Positions 15,034 through 22,356 of a stretch of 32,000 nt of DNA are shown here, piece by piece; positions within the stretch are counted from its first letter, which is position 1, and each line of letters starts with the position of its first letter. A program made the position numbers and the translations under genes. Below the pieces are notes generated by a model, which saw nothing but the letters and a program-made list of their open reading frames with translations, did not search any database and was not told the origin of the DNA. This DNA is from Arthrobacter hankyongi. Its GTDB lineage: Bacteria; Actinomycetota; Actinomycetes; Actinomycetales; Micrococcaceae. The stretch is from assembly GCF_022012395.1 (NCBI RefSeq), contig NZ_JAKLTQ010000009.1, positions 66,323-98,322 of the forward strand, written 5' to 3'.

Positions 15034-15999
15034 TTATCCTCGGGATCCCGCCGCGGCCGGAACGGCCACGGACATCACGCCGCCGCGGACCAGCAGCGGC
15101 AGCGGGTCCAGGTGCATGTTCCGGTCCTCCAGGCAGACGCCTGCCTGCCGCACATCGAAGTGGCTGCGGCAGGTGGGGCAGCGCAGCAGCCCGCCGCCGG
15201 CCGGTGCCGCCAGTGCGCGCTGCAGCGTGGCCCCGGCCAGGGAGTGCGTGCAGCGCGGGCAATAATCCCGGTAGGCATACACATCCGGCCCGATCCGGCA
15301 GGCCAGCAGGGGGTAGCTGCCGATCAGGAACCCCGCAGCCTCCCCGGATTCCAGCCCGGCAAATTCGGGCACCGGTTCCCAGACGGCGCCGGCCTGCGCC
15401 GGCACGCCGCCCCCGGCCTGCCCGGGCGGCCTACCTTCCGGGCCGCCGGTTTGCTGGTTGACCCGGACCAGCAGCGCCTCGACCGGAATCACCGCCTGTG
15501 CGGCAGGCACATCCTCCTCCACCACTTCGATGCCGGTCACCTCGGGGGCCGCGGCTTCGATCGCGTCCTGCACGGCGAGCCGGAGGGTCACCGGGGAGGA
15601 GGGGCACCCGTGGCAGGTGCCCAGCAGCCGCAGCCGGACCACGCCTTCGGCGCTGATGTCCAGCAATTCGACATTGCCGCCATGCGAGCCCAGGTAGGGC
15701 CGGACGCTGTCCAGCGCCGCGGCCACCCGGGTTTCCACATCCTGCGGATGCAGGCCGTGGATCAGCAGGAGCCCGGAGACCAGGTCATCGGCCACCAGCG
15801 CCTGCCGGATCCCGCTGCCGGCGGCCCCGCTGCCGTCGAGGATGTCCAGGATCCGCTGCAGGCCGGCACCATAGAGGTCGGTCACCTGGCGCACCAGTTC
15901 CTCGGCGCGCTCGCGGGCCACCGGCCCGCCTGCCCCGAGCGCATCGAGGAGGGTGCTGATCCTCTCCCCGGCCGGGCCAAGCCGGTCCTCGCCGTGCAC
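15034..15999 (-). CDS. hhyE: HhyE-like putative iron-sulfur protein: a NifU C-terminal-type domain fused to a Rieske-like / Cys4 module
   Basis: GTG 15999 lies 3 nt after the hhyL stop. The NifU-like segment is VRPYLGSHGGNVELLDISAEGVVRLRLLGTCHGCPSS. The C-terminal module is CPRCTH-x22-CPTCRSH (CxH...CxxH embedded in CxxC pairs). 321 aa. Confidence 0.75.
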   Translation of the reverse strand: MHGEDRLGPAGERISTLLDALGAGGPVARERAEELVRQVTDLYGAGLQRILDILDGSGAAGSGIRQALVADDLVSGLLLIHGLHPQDVETRVAAALDSVRPYLGSHGGNVELLDISAEGVVRLRLLGTCHGCPSSPVTLRLAVQDAIEAAAPEVTGIEVVEEDVPAAQAVIPVEALLVRVNQQTGGPEGRPPGQAGGGVPAQAGAVWEPVPEFAGLESGEAAGFLIGSYPLLACRIGPDVYAYRDYCPRCTHSLAGATLQRALAAPAGGGLLRCPTCRSHFDVRQAGVCLEDRNMHLDPLPLLVRGGVMSVAVPAAAGSRG

Positions 16000-16002
16000 G
16001 GG

Positions 16003-17796
16003 CTACTCGCCGGTCAGGGACTGGGTCGGGGAGTGCAGCTTCTCCAGCGTCCGGCCGTTGCCCAGGTACATGTGGACGCCGCAGGGCAGGCAGGGATCGA
16101 AGCTGCGCACCGTGCGCATGATGTCGATGCCCTTGAAGTTCTCGCGGTCATTCTCCTCAAAGATCGGCTGTCCCTGGACGGCATCTTCGTAGGGACCGGA
16201 GACACCGTTGGAATCGGTGGGGCTGGCATTCCACGGGGTCGGCGGGTACGGGTGGTAGTTGGCGATCTTGCCGTCGCGGATCACCATATGGTGGGACAGG
16301 ACCCCGCGGACGGCTTCGGTGAAGCCGCAGCTGGCCGCCTCGTCCGGCACCTCGAAGGTTTCCCAGGTCTTGGTCCGGCCGGCCCGGATCTCCTCCAGCG
16401 CCCGTTCGGCGAAATGTAGCGCGGCGGCTGCCGCGTAAGCCTGGAAGTAGGTCCGCGCCCGGTTGCGCTCAAGCGTGTTGCTCCACTGCGGGATCTTCCA
16501 CTCGAAGCTGACCGGGCCCTTCAGGGCCGTCTTGGGCAGGTTGATCTGCACGCTGTGCCCGGTGGCCTTCAGGTAGCCGATGTCCACCAGGCCGGCCAGC
16601 GCGGTGGCCCAGAGCCGGGCCAGCGGGCCGCCGCCGGTGTCCAGCGCGAGGTTGCTTTCGCCGTCGAACCAGCGGGGGGACATGACCCAGCTGTACTTGT
16701 CCGCGAGGTCGCGTTTCTGCGGCTTCGGGTTGGTGTGCTGGTTCCAGGGGTGGCGCCGGTCCACCGGGTTGCCCAGCGGGTCGGTGGTGACGAACATTTC
16801 CTGGTCCGCCCAGTCCTCGTAGTAGGAGGAACCGAGCAGGATCCGGATGCCCAGGTTGATCCGCACCAAATCCGTGGTGACCAGCTTGCCGTCCACGACG
16901 ACGCCGGGGGTGACGAACATTTTCCGGCCCCACTCGGTCATGTCCTTGTAGTCGAAGTTGCAGAAGTCCGGGTCCTGGAAGGAACCCCAGCAGCCCAGCA
17001 GCGTCCGCCGCAGCCCGACCTGCTCGTACCCCGGCAGCGCCTCGTAGAAGAAATCGAACAGGTCGTCGTGCATCGGCACGACCTTCTTCATGAACTCCAC
17101 GTAGCGCATCAGCCGGGTGAGGTAGTCGGTCATCAGCTGGATGGTGGCCACGGTCCCCACGCCGCCGGGATAGAGGGTGGACGGATGCACATGGCGTCCC
17201 TCCATCAGGCAGAACATCTCCCGGGTGAGCCGGCTGACCTGCAGCGCCTCGCGGTAGAACTCGCCGGTGAACGGGTTCAGCGAGCGCATGATGTCGGCAA
17301 TCGTGCGGTAGCCGTGCTCCGCTTCGTGCGGGGCACGGGTGTTCTCGGCCCGGGCCAGCACCGACGGGTTGGTCTCGGACACCATTTTCTCGCAGTAGTC
17401 CACGCCGACCAGGTTCTCCTGGAAGATGTTGTGGTCGAACATGTACTCCGCCGCTTCGCCCAGGTTCACGATCCATTCGCCCAGGTGCGGCGGCTTCACC
17501 CCGTAGGCCATGTTCTGGGCGTAGCACGAGCAGGTCGCGTGGTTGTCACCGCAGATGCCGCAGATGCGGCTGGTGATGAAATGGGCGTCCCGCGGGTCCT
17601 TGCCCTTCATGAAGAGCGAGTAGCCGCGGAAGATCGACGAGGTGCTGCGGCATTCGACGACCTGCCGGTTGGCGAAGTCGATCTTGGTATAGATGCCCAG
17701 ACTGCCGACGATCCGGGTGATGGGGTCCCACGCCATCTCCACCAGGTCGTTGGGGGCGCTGCCCTGGTTTTCCTGGGACGGCATCGTTGAGGTCAT
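16003..17796 (-). CDS. hhyL: [NiFe]-hydrogenase large subunit, group 1h/5 (high-affinity Hhy type)
   Basis: 597 aa from ATG 17796 (MTSTMPSQENQ...). The L1 signature FITSRICGICGDNH and the L2 signature RSFDPCLPCGVHMY are the group-5/1h-specific forms. The C-terminal extension after the L2 His is the substrate for the protease. Confidence 0.93.
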   Translation of the reverse strand: MTSTMPSQENQGSAPNDLVEMAWDPITRIVGSLGIYTKIDFANRQVVECRSTSSIFRGYSLFMKGKDPRDAHFITSRICGICGDNHATCSCYAQNMAYGVKPPHLGEWIVNLGEAAEYMFDHNIFQENLVGVDYCEKMVSETNPSVLARAENTRAPHEAEHGYRTIADIMRSLNPFTGEFYREALQVSRLTREMFCLMEGRHVHPSTLYPGGVGTVATIQLMTDYLTRLMRYVEFMKKVVPMHDDLFDFFYEALPGYEQVGLRRTLLGCWGSFQDPDFCNFDYKDMTEWGRKMFVTPGVVVDGKLVTTDLVRINLGIRILLGSSYYEDWADQEMFVTTDPLGNPVDRRHPWNQHTNPKPQKRDLADKYSWVMSPRWFDGESNLALDTGGGPLARLWATALAGLVDIGYLKATGHSVQINLPKTALKGPVSFEWKIPQWSNTLERNRARTYFQAYAAAAALHFAERALEEIRAGRTKTWETFEVPDEAASCGFTEAVRGVLSHHMVIRDGKIANYHPYPPTPWNASPTDSNGVSGPYEDAVQGQPIFEENDRENFKGIDIMRTVRSFDPCLPCGVHMYLGNGRTLEKLHSPTQSLTGE

Positions 17797-17824
17797 CTGC
17801 TTGCCTCTCTGCAGGTACGGCGGG

Positions 17825-18883
17825 TTACCAGGTGCGCCTGGCGCCGGTGAGGAGCTCACGGCCGGGCCGGCGCCACTTCGGCTCCTGGTCCAAGGTGTGG
17901 ACGGTGATCTCGCGCAGGGCACGGATCGACGAACCGTAGGCCCGGATGGCGGTGGTGGAGAGCTTGCCGCCGGGCGGTTCGTCCATGAACGGCATGAACT
18001 TGTCCGGGAAGCCCGGCATGGTGCAGCCGATGCAGATCCCGCCGACGTTGGGGCAGCCGCCGATCCCGTTCATCCAGCCGCGCTTGGGCACGTTGCATTT
18101 GACCACCGGACCCCAGCAGCCCAGCTTCACGATGCACTTGGGCGAGCCGTATTCGGTGGCGAAGTCGCCCTGCTCGTAGTAGCCGGCCCGATCGCAGCCT
18201 TCGTGCACCGTCTGGCCGAACAGCCAGGTGGGCCGCAGCGCCTCGTCCAGCGGAATCATCGGGGCCTGGCCGGTGGCCTGGTAGAGCAGGTAGGTCATGG
18301 TTTCGGACAGGTTGTCCGGCTGGATCGGGCAGCCGGGGACGCAGACGATCGGGATGCCGGCCTTGGACTTCCAGCCATAGCCGAGGTAGTCCGGCACGCC
18401 CATGGCGCCGGTCGGGTTGCCCGCCATGGCATGGATGCCGCCATAGGTGGCGCAGGTGCCGGCGGCGATGATGGCCGTGGCCTTGGGCGCCAGACGGTCC
18501 AGCCATTCGCTGGTGGTGATCGGCTGCCCGGTGTCCAGGTCGTTGCCGAAACCGCACCAGTAGCCGCCGGGGTCGTGCAGCTTTTCGTTGGGGATCGATC
18601 CCTCGACCACCAGGACAAACGGTTCGAGTTCGCCGCGGTCGGCCTTGCGGAACCATTCCAGGAAATCGTCGGCGCCTTCCTGCGGGCCGCACTCGAAGTC
18701 GATCAGCGGCCAGTGCATGGCGATCCGGGGCAGTCCCGGCAGGGCACCGAGGGCGATTTCCTCGACGGAGGGCTGGGTTGCCGCGGTCAGGGCGACCGAA
18801 TCGCCGTCGCAGCTGAGCCCGGCGTTGATCCAGAGGACGTGGATCAGGGTCTCTTCGGCCTGAAGTTCGATGTCTGTTGGCAT
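17825..18883 (-). CDS. hhyS: [NiFe]-hydrogenase small subunit, group 1h/5, with no Tat signal
   Basis: The preferred start is ATG 18883 (MPTDIELQ...), with GAGGAGG 5 nt upstream. The track start at 18904 is also possible. The N-terminal cluster motif is WINAGLSCDGDS, with Asp in place of the second Cys of the usual CxxC. Further Cys ligands are GTCATYGG, VPGCP, KLGCWGPVVKCNVP and GICIGCTMPGFPD. There is no RRxF twin-arginine leader. Confidence 0.92.
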   Translation of the reverse strand: MPTDIELQAEETLIHVLWINAGLSCDGDSVALTAATQPSVEEIALGALPGLPRIAMHWPLIDFECGPQEGADDFLEWFRKADRGELEPFVLVVEGSIPNEKLHDPGGYWCGFGNDLDTGQPITTSEWLDRLAPKATAIIAAGTCATYGGIHAMAGNPTGAMGVPDYLGYGWKSKAGIPIVCVPGCPIQPDNLSETMTYLLYQATGQAPMIPLDEALRPTWLFGQTVHEGCDRAGYYEQGDFATEYGSPKCIVKLGCWGPVVKCNVPKRGWMNGIGGCPNVGGICIGCTMPGFPDKFMPFMDEPPGGKLSTTAIRAYGSSIRALREITVHTLDQEPKWRRPGRELLTGARRTW

Positions 18884-18922
18884 TGGGGCCTCCTCGGGAG
18901 CCATGCCGTCCCGGAACCGCTG

Positions 18923-19792
18923 TCAGCGGGCGTCTGACAGTGCCTCCGGCCTGTTGTGTGGCCGGTGCCCGGCCGTGCCTGCCGCCGGGGCGCCGGGTGT
19001 GTCCGTGAGCCAGCCGTACCAGCCGTCCAGGCCGTCGCCGGCGGTAGCCGAGACGACCAGGACCTCGACGTGCGGATTGAGCATCCGCGCCTGGCGGATG
19101 CAGTCCTCGACGTCGAACTTAACGTAAGGGAGCAGATCCGCCTTGTTGATCAGGATCAGGTCGGCGGCCATGAACATATGGGGGTACTTGCGCGGTTTGC
19201 CATCACCTTCCGTCACCGAGATGATCACGACCTTGGCCGTCTCGCCGAGGTCGAACAGGGCGGGGCATACCAGGTTGCCCACGTTTTCGATGAACAGCGT
19301 CGAGCCGGCCGCCGGGTCGAGGGCGTCCAGGCCCCGCCGGAGCATCTGCGCATCCAGGTGGCAGCCGGCACCGGTGTTGATCTGGACGACCGGGCGGCCC
19401 GCGGCCCGGATCCGGTCCGCGTCCAGGGATGTTTCCTGGTCCCCTTCGATGACCTGGATGTCCAGGTCGTCGCCGAGGTCCCGGATGGTCCGCTCCAGCA
19501 GCGTGGTCTTGCCGGCTCCCGGGGAACTCATCAGGTTGAAGGCCCGGATCCCGCGGCCCTCGAGCCAGCCGCGGTTGCGGGCGGCGAGCAGTTCGTTCTT
19601 GGCCAGCAGGCGCTCTTCCAGCGCAATCGTTTCGTGGCCGCCGCCGTCGTGGCCGTCTTGCCCAGGATGCTCATGCGGATGGCTGTGCGGGTGGTCGTGG
19701 TCGTGCGCGTGCCCGTGTTCCCCTGTCTGGACGCCGGCTGCGTCCGTGATCCTGACGCCGGCGTCGTCGCTGCATCCGCACGTTGAACACAT
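18923..19792 (-). CDS. hypB: Hydrogenase nickel-incorporation GTPase HypB with a His-rich Ni-storage stretch
   Basis: 289 aa. N-terminal MCSTCGC (CxxCGC high-affinity Ni site). His-rich run GEHGHAHDHDHPHSHPHEHPGQDGHDGGGH. P-loop SSPGAGKTTLL. ENVGNLVCP and NKADL GTPase motifs. Confidence 0.93.
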   Translation of the reverse strand: MCSTCGCSDDAGVRITDAAGVQTGEHGHAHDHDHPHSHPHEHPGQDGHDGGGHETIALEERLLAKNELLAARNRGWLEGRGIRAFNLMSSPGAGKTTLLERTIRDLGDDLDIQVIEGDQETSLDADRIRAAGRPVVQINTGAGCHLDAQMLRRGLDALDPAAGSTLFIENVGNLVCPALFDLGETAKVVIISVTEGDGKPRKYPHMFMAADLILINKADLLPYVKFDVEDCIRQARMLNPHVEVLVVSATAGDGLDGWYGWLTDTPGAPAAGTAGHRPHNRPEALSDAR

Positions 19793-19795
19793 AGC

Positions 19796-20125
19796 TCACA
19801 CCACTTCCACTGAGGTGACCGCCAGCTCGCGCCCGCCGGTAATTTCGACGTCGGCGCTGCCGCACGGGCACAGCGGGATCAGGTCCGGCAGGGTGAAGTC
19901 CAGTCCGCAGCCGCGGCAGCGGCCCCGGCCCTCGGGCTCGTCGATCAGCAGTTCGGCCCCGGCCAGCGGGGTGCCGTCCGTGACCAGTTCAAAGCAAAAA
20001 CGCATCGCGTCCGGCAATACCCCGGACAGGCGGCCGACTTTCAGGCGCACACCGGTCACCTGGCGCTCGCCGGTCCGGCCGACGACGGCGTCGAGAAGGC
20101 TCTGGGTGATGGAGAGTTCGTGCAT
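19796..20125 (-). CDS. hypA: Hydrogenase nickel-insertion metallochaperone HypA
   Basis: 109 aa from ATG 20125, with the canonical MHE N-terminus (MHELSITQSLLDAV). Zn site CRGCG...CPCG. The GTG at 20137 given in the track would add 4 residues. Confidence 0.9.
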   Translation of the reverse strand: MHELSITQSLLDAVVGRTGERQVTGVRLKVGRLSGVLPDAMRFCFELVTDGTPLAGAELLIDEPEGRGRCRGCGLDFTLPDLIPLCPCGSADVEITGGRELAVTSVEVV

Positions 20126-20155
20126 CGGGCGCCGCACCTCGAATCAACACGCTTC

Positions 20156-20182
20156 CTAATACGGTAGGCCCGCCCGCGTCAA
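20156..20182 (-). promoter_or_regulatory. Weak candidate sigma-70-type promoter for the hypA-led hydrogenase operon
   Basis: The minus strand reads TTGACG-N15-TATTAG, about 30 nt upstream of the hypA ATG. The spacer is short and the -10 lacks the terminal T, so this is tentative. Confidence 0.2.
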
Positions 20183-20285
20183 ACCACAATACAAATCGGG
20201 CACCGGCCGACTGTTCCCCTCGGACCGGGGCGGACCTAGGATGTTCAGCATCAACGGCGACGCCAACTTCCAAGGAGGCACGGCC

Positions 20286-21362
20286 ATGGCTGATTCCCCG
20301 TCCGGCCTGCGGACGAGGCACCAGCGGCGCAGCCTGATGCTGATGCTCCTGGTCATCGTCGCGCTCCACGTGCTGGGCTGGGGCCTGTTCGTGCTGGCCG
20401 TGCTGCCGGGAAACTACCGGCTCGGCGGGACGCATGCCTTCGGCCTTGGGGTGGCGCTGGCGGCCTATACGCTGGGCATCCGGCATGCCTTCGACGCCGA
20501 CCATATCGCCGCCATCGACAACACCACGCGCAAGCTGGTCGAACAGCACGGGCCGGCGCGGCCGCTGGGCGTCGGCTTCTGGTTCGCGCTGGGCCACTCC
20601 ACCGTGGTGCTGGTGGCCGTGGGCCTGCTGGCCGGCGGCTTCAACCTGCTCGCCGCCCAGCTTGCCGACGACCAGTCGCCCTTCCTGCGCGCGGCCGGGC
20701 TCTGGGGCGCCTTGGTCAGCGGGCTCTTCCTGCTGCTGCTGGGCGGGACGAACCTTGCCTCGCTGAACAACATCAGGAAGCTGCTGGCCGGCTACCAGCA
20801 GGGGACCTACCTGCAGGAGGAGCTTGAGGAGACCCTGCGCCGCCGCGGGATCCTCAACCGGCTGCTCGCCCCGGTGGTGGGCATGGTGGACCGTCCGGCC
20901 AAGATGTATCCGGTGGGGCTGCTCTTCGGCCTCGGCTTCGACACCGCCACCACCATCGGCCTGTTCGTCATTGCCGGCGGGGCCGCCCTGACGCTGCCGT
21001 GGTACGTGGTGCTGGTGCTGCCGCTGCTCTTTGCCGCCGGCATGGTCACCTGCGACACGGTGGACGGGCTGCTGATGCAGCGCGCCTACCAGTGGGCCTT
21101 CGACCATCCGCTGCGCCGCTTGTATTACAACCTGGTGGTGACCTCCGTTTCCGTCGTCGTCGCCTTCCTGGTGGCAGCGGTGGTCCTGTTCGGTGCCCTC
21201 TCCGAGGGCCTGAACCTCACCACGGGCCCGGTGGCGTGGGTGGCCGGGCTGGACCTGGAGAACTTCGGCTTCATCGTCGCGGCGGCCTTCCTGCTTATCT
21301 GGGCCGCGGCGCTGGCGTACTGGAAGTTCAGTGCGGCCGGGCAACGGCAGTCCGGCAGCTGA
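20286..21362 (+). CDS. HoxN/HupN/NixA-family (NiCoT) nickel/cobalt permease
   Basis: Start is ATG 20286, with AAGGAGG 6 nt upstream. NiCoT signatures are present: RHAFDADHIAAIDNTTRKL, FWFALGHSTVV and LLFGLGFDTATTIGL. About 8 TM segments. It is divergent from hypA. Confidence 0.9.
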   Translation: MADSPSGLRTRHQRRSLMLMLLVIVALHVLGWGLFVLAVLPGNYRLGGTHAFGLGVALAAYTLGIRHAFDADHIAAIDNTTRKLVEQHGPARPLGVGFWFALGHSTVVLVAVGLLAGGFNLLAAQLADDQSPFLRAAGLWGALVSGLFLLLLGGTNLASLNNIRKLLAGYQQGTYLQEELEETLRRRGILNRLLAPVVGMVDRPAKMYPVGLLFGLGFDTATTIGLFVIAGGAALTLPWYVVLVLPLLFAAGMVTCDTVDGLLMQRAYQWAFDHPLRRLYYNLVVTSVSVVVAFLVAAVVLFGALSEGLNLTTGPVAWVAGLDLENFGFIVAAAFLLIWAAALAYWKFSAAGQRQSGS

Positions 21363-21404
21363 CGCCGCCAGCCCGCCGCGGACGACGGCGCCTGGCCAGG
21401 GCGC

Positions 21405-21683
21405 CACACGGTCCTCGGGAATGTCGACGGCGATCTCCTCGAGGCCGGCGCCCACGATGATCTGGCAGCCGAGCCGGGAGCGGCCGGTGCGGTCGGCCGT
21501 GGCGGCGTCGAGCATCTCCTCCTCGTGGGCGCTGATCGGCGGCAGGGCGTGCATGTATGCGGGCCGCACGGAGACGTGGCAGGTGGCGCAGATGGCCTGG
21601 CCGCCGCATTCGCCGAGGATGCCATCTACGCCGTTGATGACGGCCACGTCCATCAAGCTCATGCCGTTGTCGGCTTCGCGCAC
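21405..21683 (-). pseudogene. Relic of an adrenodoxin/putidaredoxin-type [2Fe-2S] ferredoxin, missing its N-terminal ~14 residues and its stop codon
   Basis: (V)READNGMSLMDVAVINGVDGILGECGGQAICATCHVSVRPAYMHALPPISAHEEEMLDAATADRTGRSRLGCQIIVGAGLEEIAVDIPEDRV aligns with putidaredoxin from about residue 15 to its end, and all 4 Cys ligands are present. An in-frame TGA lies directly upstream (21684..21686), abutting the TetR stop. There is no stop where the family ends, so the frame runs 470 more codons antisense through the Ni permease gene. Confidence 0.6.
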
Positions 21684-21687
21684 TCAG

Positions 21688-22356
21688 TTACTGATGAGAC
21701 AACGCCTCCAGCAACTGGCGGAACGCGGCAAGGCGGCGTGGGGCCGTGGAAGGATCGCGGGAGGTATCGATTCCTGCCTCGCGGATTGCCCCGACGAGGA
21801 GTGCCGCGATCGCTTCGATGTCCAGCCGTGATGACACGTCGCCGGCCTCCTGGGCGTGGCGCAGTTCGGCGATGATGGCATCGAGCGTCTGTTGCGATCC
21901 GCTGCCACGGCGTTTGATTCCGACGAGCTGCGGGCCGGAAACGTTGTAGAAGAGGCCGAGTTCGTGCTTGGCGGCCAGTTCGAGCATCGCGCTCGGGTAG
22001 GCGCAGAGCCGGTCGATCCAGGTTCCCTGGCGGGCGGCGAGGATTGAGGCGGCGTCGACGAGGTCGCGGCCTAGGGTCTGGTACGCCTCGGCCAGGAGGT
22101 CTGCACGGCCGCCGGGGAAGTGGGCATACAGCGTTGCACGCGATGTGCCGGCGCGGCCCGTGATCCGATCAACCGTGGCGGCACCCAGTCCATTGGCGGC
22201 AATGACTTCGATCGCTGCCCGGATGAGGTCCTCGCGGGTGCGCAGCCGCTGGCGGACGCGGAGGGAGGCAGCAGGGGCGGACGGTTCGGTCACGGTGCCC
22301 GGCTCCTGGGCGGGCGGGCGGCGGATCTGGTCCGGGGATGCAGGAGTGACGGTCAT
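21688..22356 (-). CDS. TetR/AcrR-family transcriptional regulator
   Basis: 222 aa. The TetR HTH is REDLIRAAIEVIAANGLGAATVDRITGRAGTSRATLYAHFPGG. Its ATG overlaps the stop of the upstream fusion gene (ATGA at 22353..22356). Confidence 0.88.
   Translation of the reverse strand: MTVTPASPDQIRRPPAQEPGTVTEPSAPAASLRVRQRLRTREDLIRAAIEVIAANGLGAATVDRITGRAGTSRATLYAHFPGGRADLLAEAYQTLGRDLVDAASILAARQGTWIDRLCAYPSAMLELAAKHELGLFYNVSGPQLVGIKRRGSGSQQTLDAIIAELRHAQEAGDVSSRLDIEAIAALLVGAIREAGIDTSRDPSTAPRRLAAFRQLLEALSHQ

Noticed and set aside
14839-17790. Long plus-strand ORFs (526 aa at 14839..16419 and 411 aa at 16555..17790)
   Set aside because: They are antisense to hhyE and hhyL, whose hydrogenase signatures are unambiguous. 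Their translations are Gly/Ala/Arg/Pro-rich with no motifs.
19620-19720. The His-codon-rich repetitive stretch inside hypB, considered as a possible independent repeat element
   Set aside because: It is in frame and encodes the well-known His-rich nickel-storage region found in many HypB proteins. It is not a separate feature.
19989-21404. The C-terminal 470 codons of the 564-aa minus ORF that begins with the ferredoxin-like segment
   Set aside because: It is antisense to the NiCoT permease and has a junk composition. I interpret it as loss of the ferredoxin stop codon rather than a real fusion protein.
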